Assembly: GCA_028687435.1 (NCBI GenBank)
Contig: JAQUAF010000023.1
Location: 576 to 64,575, forward strand
DNA length: 64,000 nt
Origin: Verrucomicrobiia bacterium
GTDB lineage: Bacteria > Verrucomicrobiota > Verrucomicrobiia > JABWAM01
Reading direction: 5' to 3'
Under the pieces are notes generated by a model that worked only from the letters and a program-made list of their open reading frames with translations, had not been told where the DNA came from and did not search any database. Of this stretch, positions 47,948 through 56,005 are shown piece after piece. The translations under genes and the position numbers were made by a program. Position 1 is the first letter of the stretch. Each line of letters begins with the position of its first letter.

Positions 47948-49078
47948 CTATTGTTTGGTCATGGTAAAAGTGCCTCCATCGTTCGGCTTGGAGGAAGTCA
48001 CCTGCCCGGAAATCGTTGAGGAACTGGATGTATAAGTCCCTGAAAAGACGGTTCCCTCCTGATTGACCACATTGACGGTTCCGCCGCTGGAAAAAGAGCC
48101 GACCAACGTTTCGGCCCCATAACTGTCGGTCCGGGTGCCGCTCATGCTGCCGTCCGGACGAAGATCCATGACAAGGTTGCCGACAACCGAACAGCCGCCA
48201 TAGCCATAGGTATTCCCGACATAATGGCCGGCAATCTGGCTTCCAGTGGCGGCCTGCACCATCACGGAGGACATTTCCGCCGCTTGAAAGGTGTTGTTTA
48301 CGCTGGAAGCGGACGCATTGTCCTGCGCAATCCGGGTGACGCCCTCAAAATTGCCCTTTTGGATTTCCCTGGATTGGATCTCCTGGGCTTGCCGGACTTC
48401 CTTTATGGCCGTAACCGGCAATTCCTTTTTTTCCAATCCCTGCCCATTGACCAACTGGCTGCTTTGGACAAAAACATCCACATTGATTGTGATGGGCTGG
48501 GGCATTTTGACATCCATCGGATCAACCGTCAGCAGTTGACCGGGTTGCAAAATGCATTTTTCACCGGTTTTGTTGAATTTGACCTCAATGGGACCCTGTT
48601 CATCCTTGGACAATGCCACAATCTGCGTCACTCCCTTGCCATTCACCCTCATGGCGACCACATCCCCCAGAATGCCTGCCGTGGCGGCCGGGGTGACAAT
48701 TTTCGCTCCGGAAAGCCCCGGCGGCACATGGATCAGGGCGGACCCCCGCTGCAGATTCATCTGCCGGCTTGCGGGATCAAAACTGAAAATGGTGTTCGAC
48801 CCCAACCGCGCCAGAGATTTGTCGGCGAATTCCAATTCGGCCCGCGATTTCCTGCCGGTTCGCAACACATCCTTTCCCTCCACCCGGTCCTTGACCTCGG
48901 CCGCCCGCTCCTGCGAACCATCCTTGGCAATTTTTACCTCATTATTCATCTGGGTCACGGTCGCGGTTTTCAGCGGGGCAGCCTGCAAGCCGGCCGCCGG
49001 CAGGAGGGCTGCGGCCAGCAACCCGCGCCACAAAAAAATTTCCAAATTTCTTCTATTTTTCATATTTTCTCCTCTCAT
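47948..49078 (-). CDS. Secreted protein with FecR-like domain
   Basis: Signal peptide. VTQMNNEVKIAKDGSQERAAEVKDRVEGKDVLRTGRKSRAELEFADKSLARLGSNTIFSF fits the FecR (PF04773) pattern. Immediately upstream of, and co-oriented with, the OMP gene. Confidence 0.5.
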   Translation of the reverse strand: MRGENMKNRRNLEIFLWRGLLAAALLPAAGLQAAPLKTATVTQMNNEVKIAKDGSQERAAEVKDRVEGKDVLRTGRKSRAELEFADKSLARLGSNTIFSFDPASRQMNLQRGSALIHVPPGLSGAKIVTPAATAGILGDVVAMRVNGKGVTQIVALSKDEQGPIEVKFNKTGEKCILQPGQLLTVDPMDVKMPQPITINVDVFVQSSQLVNGQGLEKKELPVTAIKEVRQAQEIQSREIQKGNFEGVTRIAQDNASASSVNNTFQAAEMSSVMVQAATGSQIAGHYVGNTYGYGGCSVVGNLVMDLRPDGSMSGTRTDSYGAETLVGSFSSGGTVNVVNQEGTVFSGTYTSSSSTISGQVTSSKPNDGGTFTMTKQ

Positions 49079-49236
49079 TCATACAGCGGACGCCCCGGAT
49101 GGGGCGAAAAACCTGCTTTTTACGATGAAAAAGGCTTTCGTGGGATTAAAGCCGATTTCCCATCCCTTGGCAAGCAACCGTTATGCCTCAACAGGGCAAA
49201 TGCATTAAAATCGGAGATTGCAAATTCGGGCGCCTC

Positions 49237-49419
49237 TTGGATTCCCGCTTTCGCGGGAATGACGATGGTGAAATGGGCATGCTCCCCCTCCGTCATTCCC
49301 GCAAAAGCGCATTCGCGTCAACCTAAGGAATCAATGAATCATATCTCTATCATAGGCGGTGCGGGAGCCCCGCCCTCCTTTACCTTGCATAAAATGGAGG
49401 GCGGGGCTCCCGCACCGCC
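49237..49419. mobile_element. MITE family 1, truncated copy B (left arm plus central hairpin only)
   Basis: ttggattcccgctttcgcgggaatgacgatggtgaaatgg...gcgtcaacctaaggaatcaatgaatcatatctctatcataggcggtgcgggagccccgccctcc-N21-ggagggcggggctcccgcaccgcc. Confidence 0.75.
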
Positions 49420-49643
49420 TTTTTCGCCAAACTTTGAAATTCCTAAACATCAATTTAATTGCATCCAAAACTTGAATTCGTTCCAAAATTGAGCGAGATT
49501 TCCAGCGCTCAAATGAGTTTTGTTCCATCCAAAAAGCGAACGAACAATCCATCCAACCCAAAAAACTGTCAATTATTGGATTGACTCTTTTCCCGCATTA
49601 AGCCTTTTTAGTCCGCTTCTTACTTCCAACCGAGGAATTTACC

Positions 49644-50249
49644 ATGAGTTCCAAAACCAGCAAGAGCACCAAAAAAGCAAAAAAAACACCGGAACCCAAG
49701 GCCAAGGCCAAAGCCCCCAAGGCCGCCAAAAAAGCAACCGCTTCAAAGAAAGAGGCCGGGGCCGCAAAGGCGCCCATCATGCCGCACCCGGATACATTGA
49801 AAGGCCCGCACAGCCGCTACATCCGTCTGCTCCTCAACGTGAGGGACCGGCTTCTGGATGACATCGATTTTCATTCCGGCGACAATCTCAAACGAACCCA
49901 GCGGGACGCCTCCAGCGATCTTTCAGCCTACAGCGTTCACATGGCTGATGCCGGCACGGACAATTTCGACCGGGAATTCGCCCTGAGCATGGTTTCCAAC
50001 GAACAGGAAGCCCTTTACGAAATCGAGGAAGCCATCAAACGGGCCGACAGCGGTTCCTTCGGAACCTGCGAAATGTGCGCGAAACCCATTCCCAAACCCC
50101 GTCTTGACGCCATTCCGTGGGCGCGCAATTGCGTGAAATGCCAGGAACAATACGAGAAGACCAGCCATAAACGCTCGATTCAGACCTTCCAGCTTTCCGA
50201 TTTCGCCAATTCCGATGAGGAAGGCTCTGAAAAGGAAGAGGAAGATTAA
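49644..50249 (+). CDS. DksA/TraR-family C4 zinc-finger protein with a lysine-rich histone-H1-like N-terminal tail
   Basis: N-terminus SKTSKSTKKAKKTPEPKAKAKAPKAAKKATASKKEAG (H1/Hc1-like). C-terminal CEMCAKPIPKPRLDAIPWARNCVKCQ (C-x2-C-x17-C-x2-C DksA/TraR finger) and coiled-coil region. Confidence 0.7.
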   Translation: MSSKTSKSTKKAKKTPEPKAKAKAPKAAKKATASKKEAGAAKAPIMPHPDTLKGPHSRYIRLLLNVRDRLLDDIDFHSGDNLKRTQRDASSDLSAYSVHMADAGTDNFDREFALSMVSNEQEALYEIEEAIKRADSGSFGTCEMCAKPIPKPRLDAIPWARNCVKCQEQYEKTSHKRSIQTFQLSDFANSDEEGSEKEEED

Positions 50250-50312
50250 TCCTGGCATGAGGGTTGCCCCGCCTCGCCTTGACAATGAGGGGTTGGGGAA
50301 GTCTGCCAAACA

Positions 50313-50873
50313 ATGTGGAAAAACCGCAACCGCCCTGACCTGCCGGCTCTCTGCCTTGGCATTCTGGTTTTTATCCTGGACCAGGCATCCAAACAGATGG
50401 CCCTCGCCCATCTCGCTTTCCATGAACCTGTGCCAGTCATTCCGGGGTTCTTCAATCTGACCCTGCTGACCAATACCGGCGCCGCTTGGGGCATCATGCG
50501 GGACAAGGGACTTTGGCTGACTCTGCTGGCCGCAGGCGCCCTGCTTTTCCTGATTCTGAACCGCCGGTCTTTCATCCAAAACTGTGCCATCCAAGCCACC
50601 GCCTACGGTCTGCTGTTGGGCGGCATTGCCGGCAATCTCACCGACCGGCTTGTTTACGGTCATGTGGTGGATTTCCTCGACTTCCGATTTGCCGGCTGGC
50701 CATGGCCCGCCTTCAATCTCGCCGATTCAGCCATCTGCTGCGGCGTGGGACTCTACCTGCTGAATGCCGCGCGGACCTCCAAACAACCGATGGTCACCCC
50801 TGGCGCTTCAGAAATTCCGCTGTCACCTGGCGATAAGCCACCGCCCCAGGTCCTGCCGGATCATACAAAATAA
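50313..50873 (+). CDS. lspA: Lipoprotein signal peptidase (signal peptidase II)
   Basis: Conserved LspA blocks: ...NTGAAWG...NLTDRLVYGHVVDF...FNLADSAICCGVGLYLL. C-terminal ~35-aa extension. Confidence 0.85.
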   Translation: MWKNRNRPDLPALCLGILVFILDQASKQMALAHLAFHEPVPVIPGFFNLTLLTNTGAAWGIMRDKGLWLTLLAAGALLFLILNRRSFIQNCAIQATAYGLLLGGIAGNLTDRLVYGHVVDFLDFRFAGWPWPAFNLADSAICCGVGLYLLNAARTSKQPMVTPGASEIPLSPGDKPPPQVLPDHTK

Positions 50874-51561
50874 TCGGCTTCCCGTGGCTTGGCGCCTCGC
50901 TCAACCGCACACTGCGCGGGATGCACGTGCGATAAACCAGATCCCCAAAATGCTGGCGCATGTCCTGCACCACCTGCTCCGCCAGCCGCGTGCGGCCATC
51001 GTACATCGTCATGATCACCCCCTCGATCGCCAGATCGGAGCATGCGCCGCACTGGCGGATCTGCTCGATCAGGCCCGTAATCACGCTCACCCCCTCCAAG
51101 GCGTAATACTCGCATTGCACCGGCAAAATCACCCGGTCGGCCGCTGCCAGGGCATTCATCATCAGCACCCCGATGGAAGGAGGGCAGTCAAGAAGCACAA
51201 AATCAAAGGTCGGTGAATCCCGCAACGGTTGCAAAGCCGAACGCAGACGCAACAAATAATCCTCCCGCCTGGCCACATGAATCTCCGCCATCGCCAGTTC
51301 GCTGTCGGACGGCAGAACAAACAGGTTGTCCAGTCCCCCGGCAATCACCCGCTGCATGATTCCTTCCTCGCCCAACAGGGCTTTGCAAACGCTCACCCCG
51401 GAAGTTTTGGGGATTCCCAATCCGCTGGTGGCATTGGCCTGCGGATCCACATCGATCAAAAGAACCGTTTTCCCCTTCTCGGCCAGACAAGCCGCCAGAC
51501 TGATGCTGGAAGTGGTTTTGCCCACCCCACCTTTTTGATTGGCTACCGCTAAAACTTTCAT
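50794..51561 (-). CDS. parA: Chromosome-partitioning ATPase ParA/Soj
   Basis: MKVLAVANQKGGVGKTTSSISLAACLA (deviant Walker A), IDVDPQANATSGLG, VIPRSVRLSEAPSHGKPIILYDP. Near-identical block structure to B. subtilis Soj. 3' end overlaps lspA by ~80 nt, convergently. Confidence 0.85.
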   Translation of the reverse strand: MKVLAVANQKGGVGKTTSSISLAACLAEKGKTVLLIDVDPQANATSGLGIPKTSGVSVCKALLGEEGIMQRVIAGGLDNLFVLPSDSELAMAEIHVARREDYLLRLRSALQPLRDSPTFDFVLLDCPPSIGVLMMNALAAADRVILPVQCEYYALEGVSVITGLIEQIRQCGACSDLAIEGVIMTMYDGRTRLAEQVVQDMRQHFGDLVYRTCIPRSVRLSEAPSHGKPIILYDPAGPGAVAYRQVTAEFLKRQG

Positions 51562-51624
51562 GAGGTTGTCTTCCGTTTTCCAATCACCTTGCCACGCCTC
51601 ATCACGGTTTGGCAAAGACTTATT

Positions 51625-52473
51625 TCATTCCGGGGCGCGCGCGACAGCTATGCGGTCGCAACCGGCCAGATCCGGTTCGATCGAAATCTCCCGGCACCCC
51701 CCTTCCTTCAACAAGGCGGCAACAGACGCGCCCTGGCCGCACCCCATCTCCAAAGCCAGCCAGCCGGAAGTCGCCAGCCATTTCCTCGCATCCGAAATCA
51801 AGGGACGGATGACGTCCAAACCGTCGGCGCCGCCATCCAACGCCAGACGCGGATCATGCTTCACCTCGGGTTGCAACCGGTCCAGTTCATCCGTGCGAAT
51901 GTAAGGCGGATTCGAAACAATGAGATCGAACCGTTCCCCCTCCTTCAACGGCTCAAACAGGGACCCCTGACGAAAATCCACGCGTTCCAGAAGACCGGCA
52001 TCCCCGGCATTTTGCCGCGCCAGCATCAATGCCTCGGCAGAGATATCCACCGCCACACACTTTGCGCCCGGAAGGGATTGGGCCAGGCATAAAATGATCG
52101 CGCCCGTGCCGGTTCCCACATCCAACACCGCCGCATCAGCGCGTCCGGAAAGAAGCCTGACCGCCTTTTCAACCAGCAACTCGGTTTCCTGCCGCGGAAT
52201 CAACGCCTGCGGTCCGCATCGAAGGGTCAACTGATGGAATTCCACCGTCCCCACCAGGTGCTGCAACGGCTCGCGCGCCGCCCTCCGGCGAACCAGGGGC
52301 CGCAAATGGTCCAGTTCAACCTCGGAAAGCGTCCTCTCAAACTGCAGATACAAATCCATCCGTTTGAGCCCCAGCACGCCGGCCAGCAACAGTTCGACAT
52401 CCAGCCTCGGATTCGGCACGCCGGCCTTTTCAAAAAAAACCGTGGTTTTCTGGATCAGTTCGAGAATATTCAT
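51625..52473 (-). CDS. prmC: Release-factor glutamine N5-methyltransferase
   Basis: VLDVGTGTGAI...FDLIVSNPPYI (NPPY motif); HemK/PrmC N-terminal helical domain. Start at MNILELIQK (52473), overlapping the kbl stop by 4 nt. Confidence 0.85.
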   Translation of the reverse strand: MNILELIQKTTVFFEKAGVPNPRLDVELLLAGVLGLKRMDLYLQFERTLSEVELDHLRPLVRRRAAREPLQHLVGTVEFHQLTLRCGPQALIPRQETELLVEKAVRLLSGRADAAVLDVGTGTGAIILCLAQSLPGAKCVAVDISAEALMLARQNAGDAGLLERVDFRQGSLFEPLKEGERFDLIVSNPPYIRTDELDRLQPEVKHDPRLALDGGADGLDVIRPLISDARKWLATSGWLALEMGCGQGASVAALLKEGGCREISIEPDLAGCDRIAVARAPE

Positions 52474-53657
52474 GCCATGGCGCGCAATTCCGCCAGCGCC
52501 CGCACCGCGCGAGCCAGTTGTTCGCGGGTATGCGCCGCTGAAATTTGAATGCGGATGCGGGCCTTGCCCTCCGGCACCACAGGGTATCCGAACCCTGTGA
52601 CGAAAATCCCCCGTTTGAGCATTTCCCGGCTGAAACGAATCGCCCTGGCGGTGTCCCCCACGATCACCGGCACGATGGCCGACTCGCCATCGAGGGGGGC
52701 AAACCCCGCCTGACGCAATTCCTGCCGGAACCACCGGGTTTTTTCCTGCAATTCACAAACCCATTCGGGATGCGCCTGCAATTGGCGCAAGGCTTCGCGG
52801 GCGCTTCCAGCCACCGTGGGAGGCAACGCATTGGTGAAAAGTTGCGTACGGGATTTTTGCTCCAGATAACCGATCAACGCCTTGGGCCCGGCCACAAACC
52901 CTCCCGCCGCGCCGCCAAGCGCCTTGCCCAAAGTGGAGGTGATCACATCCACCTGCCCAAGCAAATTGAAATGCTCGGCTGTCCCTCGCCCGGTCTTGCC
53001 CAACACCCCCGTGCCATGGGAATCATCCATCACCAACACCGCCTCCTCCTTTTGGCAAACCTCCACCAGATCGGGTAATGGCGCCAGATCCCCCTCCATG
53101 CTGAACACCCCGTCGGTAATCACAATTTTCCGTCCCACCCCCGCATTGGCGCGCAATTTCTCCCGCAAATCCTTCGCGTCTCCATGCCGGTAGGTCATCC
53201 GTTTGGCCTTGACCAGCCGACAGGCATCGATAATGCTGGCATGGTTCAATTCATCGGAAAGAATCAGGGCCCCTTCCCCGGCAATCGTCGGAATCAACCC
53301 CTCATTGGCTGTCCAGCACGATACAAAACTCAATGCCGCTTCTACCCCAACCCACTCAGCCAGAGCATGTTCCAACTCCCCATGAATCTCAAATGTGCCG
53401 CAAATGAAACGAACCGATCCCGTTCCGGCGCCATAACGCCGCAAAGCGTCAATGCCCGCTTCCACCACTTGGGGATGATTGGACAGGCCAAGATAGTTGT
53501 TTGAGGAAAGAATCAATACCTCACCATGGCCAGCCATCCGCGCCAAGGCATCCTGCGGAGACTGCAAACCATGAAATTCCTTCATTGTCCCCGCTTGGCG
53601 AAAACTCTCAAGTTCGGTGGATAATTCCGTGACAAGGCGATCTTTCATGCCCCACAA
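52470..53657 (-). CDS. kbl: Glycine C-acetyltransferase (2-amino-3-ketobutyrate CoA ligase), class II aminotransferase
   Basis: GTGSVRFICGTFEIHGELE (Kbl VRFICGT signature), ...SNNYLGLSNHP, PLP-lysine region VITDGVFSMEGD...TLGKALGG. A BioF-like alternative cannot be fully excluded. Confidence 0.75.
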   Translation of the reverse strand: MWGMKDRLVTELSTELESFRQAGTMKEFHGLQSPQDALARMAGHGEVLILSSNNYLGLSNHPQVVEAGIDALRRYGAGTGSVRFICGTFEIHGELEHALAEWVGVEAALSFVSCWTANEGLIPTIAGEGALILSDELNHASIIDACRLVKAKRMTYRHGDAKDLREKLRANAGVGRKIVITDGVFSMEGDLAPLPDLVEVCQKEEAVLVMDDSHGTGVLGKTGRGTAEHFNLLGQVDVITSTLGKALGGAAGGFVAGPKALIGYLEQKSRTQLFTNALPPTVAGSAREALRQLQAHPEWVCELQEKTRWFRQELRQAGFAPLDGESAIVPVIVGDTARAIRFSREMLKRGIFVTGFGYPVVPEGKARIRIQISAAHTREQLARAVRALAELRAMA

Positions 53658-53795
53658 TTAACCGATTTTTTTCAGCGGCGCAAACCTGAACTCCTTAAAG
53701 AAGTCATTTTGACCTATTTTTTCGCGTTTTTTGCTGCAAAAATATCTTGATCGATCCATTCTACTTTTGTAGGTCTCTATACATCAAATACAACC

Positions 53796-54131
53796 ATGAC
53801 TAAACGCGACCTTATCGTTCGAATCAGCAATGACACGGGAATGATCCAACAGGATGTTCAGTCCATCGTTCAGCACACCTTTGACATTCTTGCCGAAGCG
53901 CTGGCGCAGGGAAAAGCCGTTGAGTTGAGAAACTTTGGTATTTTTGAAATCAAACTGAGGAAAGCCCGTGTGGGTCGCAATCCGAACGTCCCCAGTCATG
54001 AGGTGCGGATCCCTCCCCGGGCCGTGGTCAAGTTCAAGGCCGGCAAAGAACTGCGTGAAGAGGTCATGAAACTGTCGCCTCTGGCCGGGGAAAAGGCCAA
54101 GCCCCAAGTCCCGGCCGCCGGGCAGCAGTAG
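53796..54131 (+). CDS. HU/IHF-family DNA-binding protein
   Basis: MTKRDLIVRISNDTGMIQQDVQSIVQHTFDILAEALAQGKAVELRNFGIFEIKLRKARVGRNPNV...VVKFKAGKEL (bacterial DNA-binding protein fold). Confidence 0.85.
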   Translation: MTKRDLIVRISNDTGMIQQDVQSIVQHTFDILAEALAQGKAVELRNFGIFEIKLRKARVGRNPNVPSHEVRIPPRAVVKFKAGKELREEVMKLSPLAGEKAKPQVPAAGQQ

Positions 54132-54165
54132 CAATCGGAAAAACTTGGTGGTGCATCTGAAGGTT

Positions 54166-54235
54166 TGGCGGTGCGGGAGCCCCGCCATCTCCATTTTTTC
54201 CACATCGGAATAAAAGGCTGGGCGCCCGCGCCGCC
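54166..54235. repeat. Degenerate central-hairpin fragment of MITE family 1, immediately downstream of the HU/IHF gene
   Basis: ggcggtgcgggagccccgccatctcc...ggctgggcgcccgcgccgcc followed by gtttt; may act as a terminator. Confidence 0.45.
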
Positions 54236-54308
54236 GTTTTCCAGAAATCCGGACAACCCATGGAAAACATATTGATTTATTTTCCATTTCGTTCAGAAAG
54301 AAGCGCTT

Positions 54309-55664
54309 ATGGATTTGGCACCCTTGCCTGGTTTTCGCGATTTTTTCCCGGAGGAACGGGCGCGGCGCGACTATGTCTTTGAACAATGGCGCGCGGCCGC
54401 CCTGCGTTACGGCTTTTGCGCCTACGACGGCCCCCCCTTGGAACAAACCGATCTCTACCGCCAGAAGAGCGGCGACGAAATCGTCAAGCAACTCTACTGT
54501 TTTCAAGACAAAGGCGAAAGGGATGTCTCGTTGCGGCCGGAAATGACCCCCACCCTTGCCCGCATGGTGGTGCGCGGAGGCCAATCCATGCCCAAACCCC
54601 TCAAATGGTTCAGCATGCCACAGCTCTTCCGTTACGAACGCCAGCAAAAAGGGCGGCTGCGGGAACATTACCAATTCAACTGCGACATCATCGGCGAAAA
54701 CAGCGTGGAAGCCGATGTCGAACTGGTGGCGCTGTTGATCGACTGCCTGCGTTCCTTCCGCCTGACAGCGGAGGATTTTTACGTCCGTGTCAACGACCGG
54801 CAACTGCTGGCCGCCCTGACCCAGGCCATCGGCATCGTCGATCCGGAGTTGCAGGGCAAGGTGTTCGGCGCGCTCGACAAATTTACCCGGGAATCCCCCG
54901 AAACCATCCGCAGCATGCTCGTCGCCGCCGGCGCCGTCGAATCCCAGGCGGATCAATTGCTGGACCTGTTCAAGCTCAAAACCCTTTCCGAAATCGCCGG
55001 CCGTTTCGACGCGCATCCCGCCGTCTGCGAACGCGTCCTTCACCTGCAAAAATTCTTCGGTTACATCGAATCCATGGGACTGAAGGACTACGCCGTTTTC
55101 GACATCACCATCGTCCGGGGCCTGGCCTACTACACCGGCATTGTCTTCGAGGCGTTCGATCGCAAGGGCAAATTCCGCGCCATCAGCGGCGGTGGGCGTT
55201 ATGACCATCTGTTGAAAAAAATCGGCAACGTGGATCTGCCGGCGGCGGGCTTTGGCATGGGCGACGTGGTGCTGGGGGAAATCCTCACCGACCGCGGCCT
55301 GTGGCCGTCCAAATGGTCGTCGGGCATCGACCTGTATCTGGTTCTGGTGGACGAGAGCCTGCGCGCGCCCTTCCTGGCCCTGGCCCATGAACTGCGCGAA
55401 CAAGGCTGGCGCGCGGACTACTCCCTTTCCGGCGGCGGAGTGGGCAAACAATTCAAGGCCGCCGGCCAACGCGGGGCGCGTTTCGCCATCGTGATCGGTC
55501 CCGAGGAATGGCAGCGCGGCGCCGTCAAACTCAAGCATCTCGAAACCCGGGAGGAAACCGAGGTCCGCGTGGATCAGTTGAAAAGCGTTCTGGCTGAAAA
55601 ACTGGATTCCCGCTTTCTCGGGAATGACAACAAAATCGGGATGCAGGCAACCATCAAAAGCTGA
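54309..55664 (+). CDS. hisS: Histidine--tRNA ligase; last ~20 codons and the stop lie inside a MITE copy
   Basis: Class II aaRS motifs: LPGFRDFFPEE, motif 2 ...RQLYCFQDKGERDVSLRPEMTP..., HisA/HisB-type GGGRYD; anticodon-binding domain. C-terminal ...EKLDSRFLGNDNKIGMQATIKS* is encoded by ctggattcccgctttctcgggaatgaca... (the MITE left TIR). Confidence 0.9.
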   Translation: MDLAPLPGFRDFFPEERARRDYVFEQWRAAALRYGFCAYDGPPLEQTDLYRQKSGDEIVKQLYCFQDKGERDVSLRPEMTPTLARMVVRGGQSMPKPLKWFSMPQLFRYERQQKGRLREHYQFNCDIIGENSVEADVELVALLIDCLRSFRLTAEDFYVRVNDRQLLAALTQAIGIVDPELQGKVFGALDKFTRESPETIRSMLVAAGAVESQADQLLDLFKLKTLSEIAGRFDAHPAVCERVLHLQKFFGYIESMGLKDYAVFDITIVRGLAYYTGIVFEAFDRKGKFRAISGGGRYDHLLKKIGNVDLPAAGFGMGDVVLGEILTDRGLWPSKWSSGIDLYLVLVDESLRAPFLALAHELREQGWRADYSLSGGGVGKQFKAAGQRGARFAIVIGPEEWQRGAVKLKHLETREETEVRVDQLKSVLAEKLDSRFLGNDNKIGMQATIKS

Positions 55665-55931
55665 AATGAAACATCCTCCCGTCATTCCCACAAGTGCGCA
55701 TACGCGTCAACCTAAGGAATCAATGAATCATGTCTCTATCATAGGCGGTGCGGGAGCCCCGCCCTCCATTTTTTACCGTGCAGACAATGGAGGGCGGGGC
55801 TCCCGCACCGCCTCCATCAGAACGAAAAGGTCCCAGATTGGGCAAATGTTAGCGGCGTTGGGCAGGACGCCCTCGTTTCCAGGAAAAGATCTCAATTAGG
55901 TTGACGCGTATGCGCAAGTGCGGGAATCCAG
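55603..55931. mobile_element. MITE family 1, full copy C (~329 bp) overlapping the 3' end of hisS
   Basis: Same TIRs, inner arms and 24-bp central hairpin as copy A; slightly longer left internal segment. Confidence 0.8.
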
Positions 55932-56005
55932 ATGCAACGGCATTCATCCACCTCCATTTCATGACAAACTTTGATTTTTCCAAACACTGAACTAAAATTC
56001 CGACC

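Noticed and set aside
50313-50873. Possibility that the lspA 3' extension or the parA 3' end is miscalled to avoid the 80-bp convergent overlap
   Set aside because: Both reading frames remain open with plausible sequence through the overlap, and both stops are unambiguous. Kept as a real overlap but flagged as a finding.
7181-55931. Possibility that the recurring identical repeats form a CRISPR array
   Set aside because: Copies are ~300 bp, internally palindromic, dispersed 40+ kb apart at gene ends, and not interleaved with short unique spacers. No cas genes are present. They behave as MITE/REP-like elements, not CRISPR repeats.
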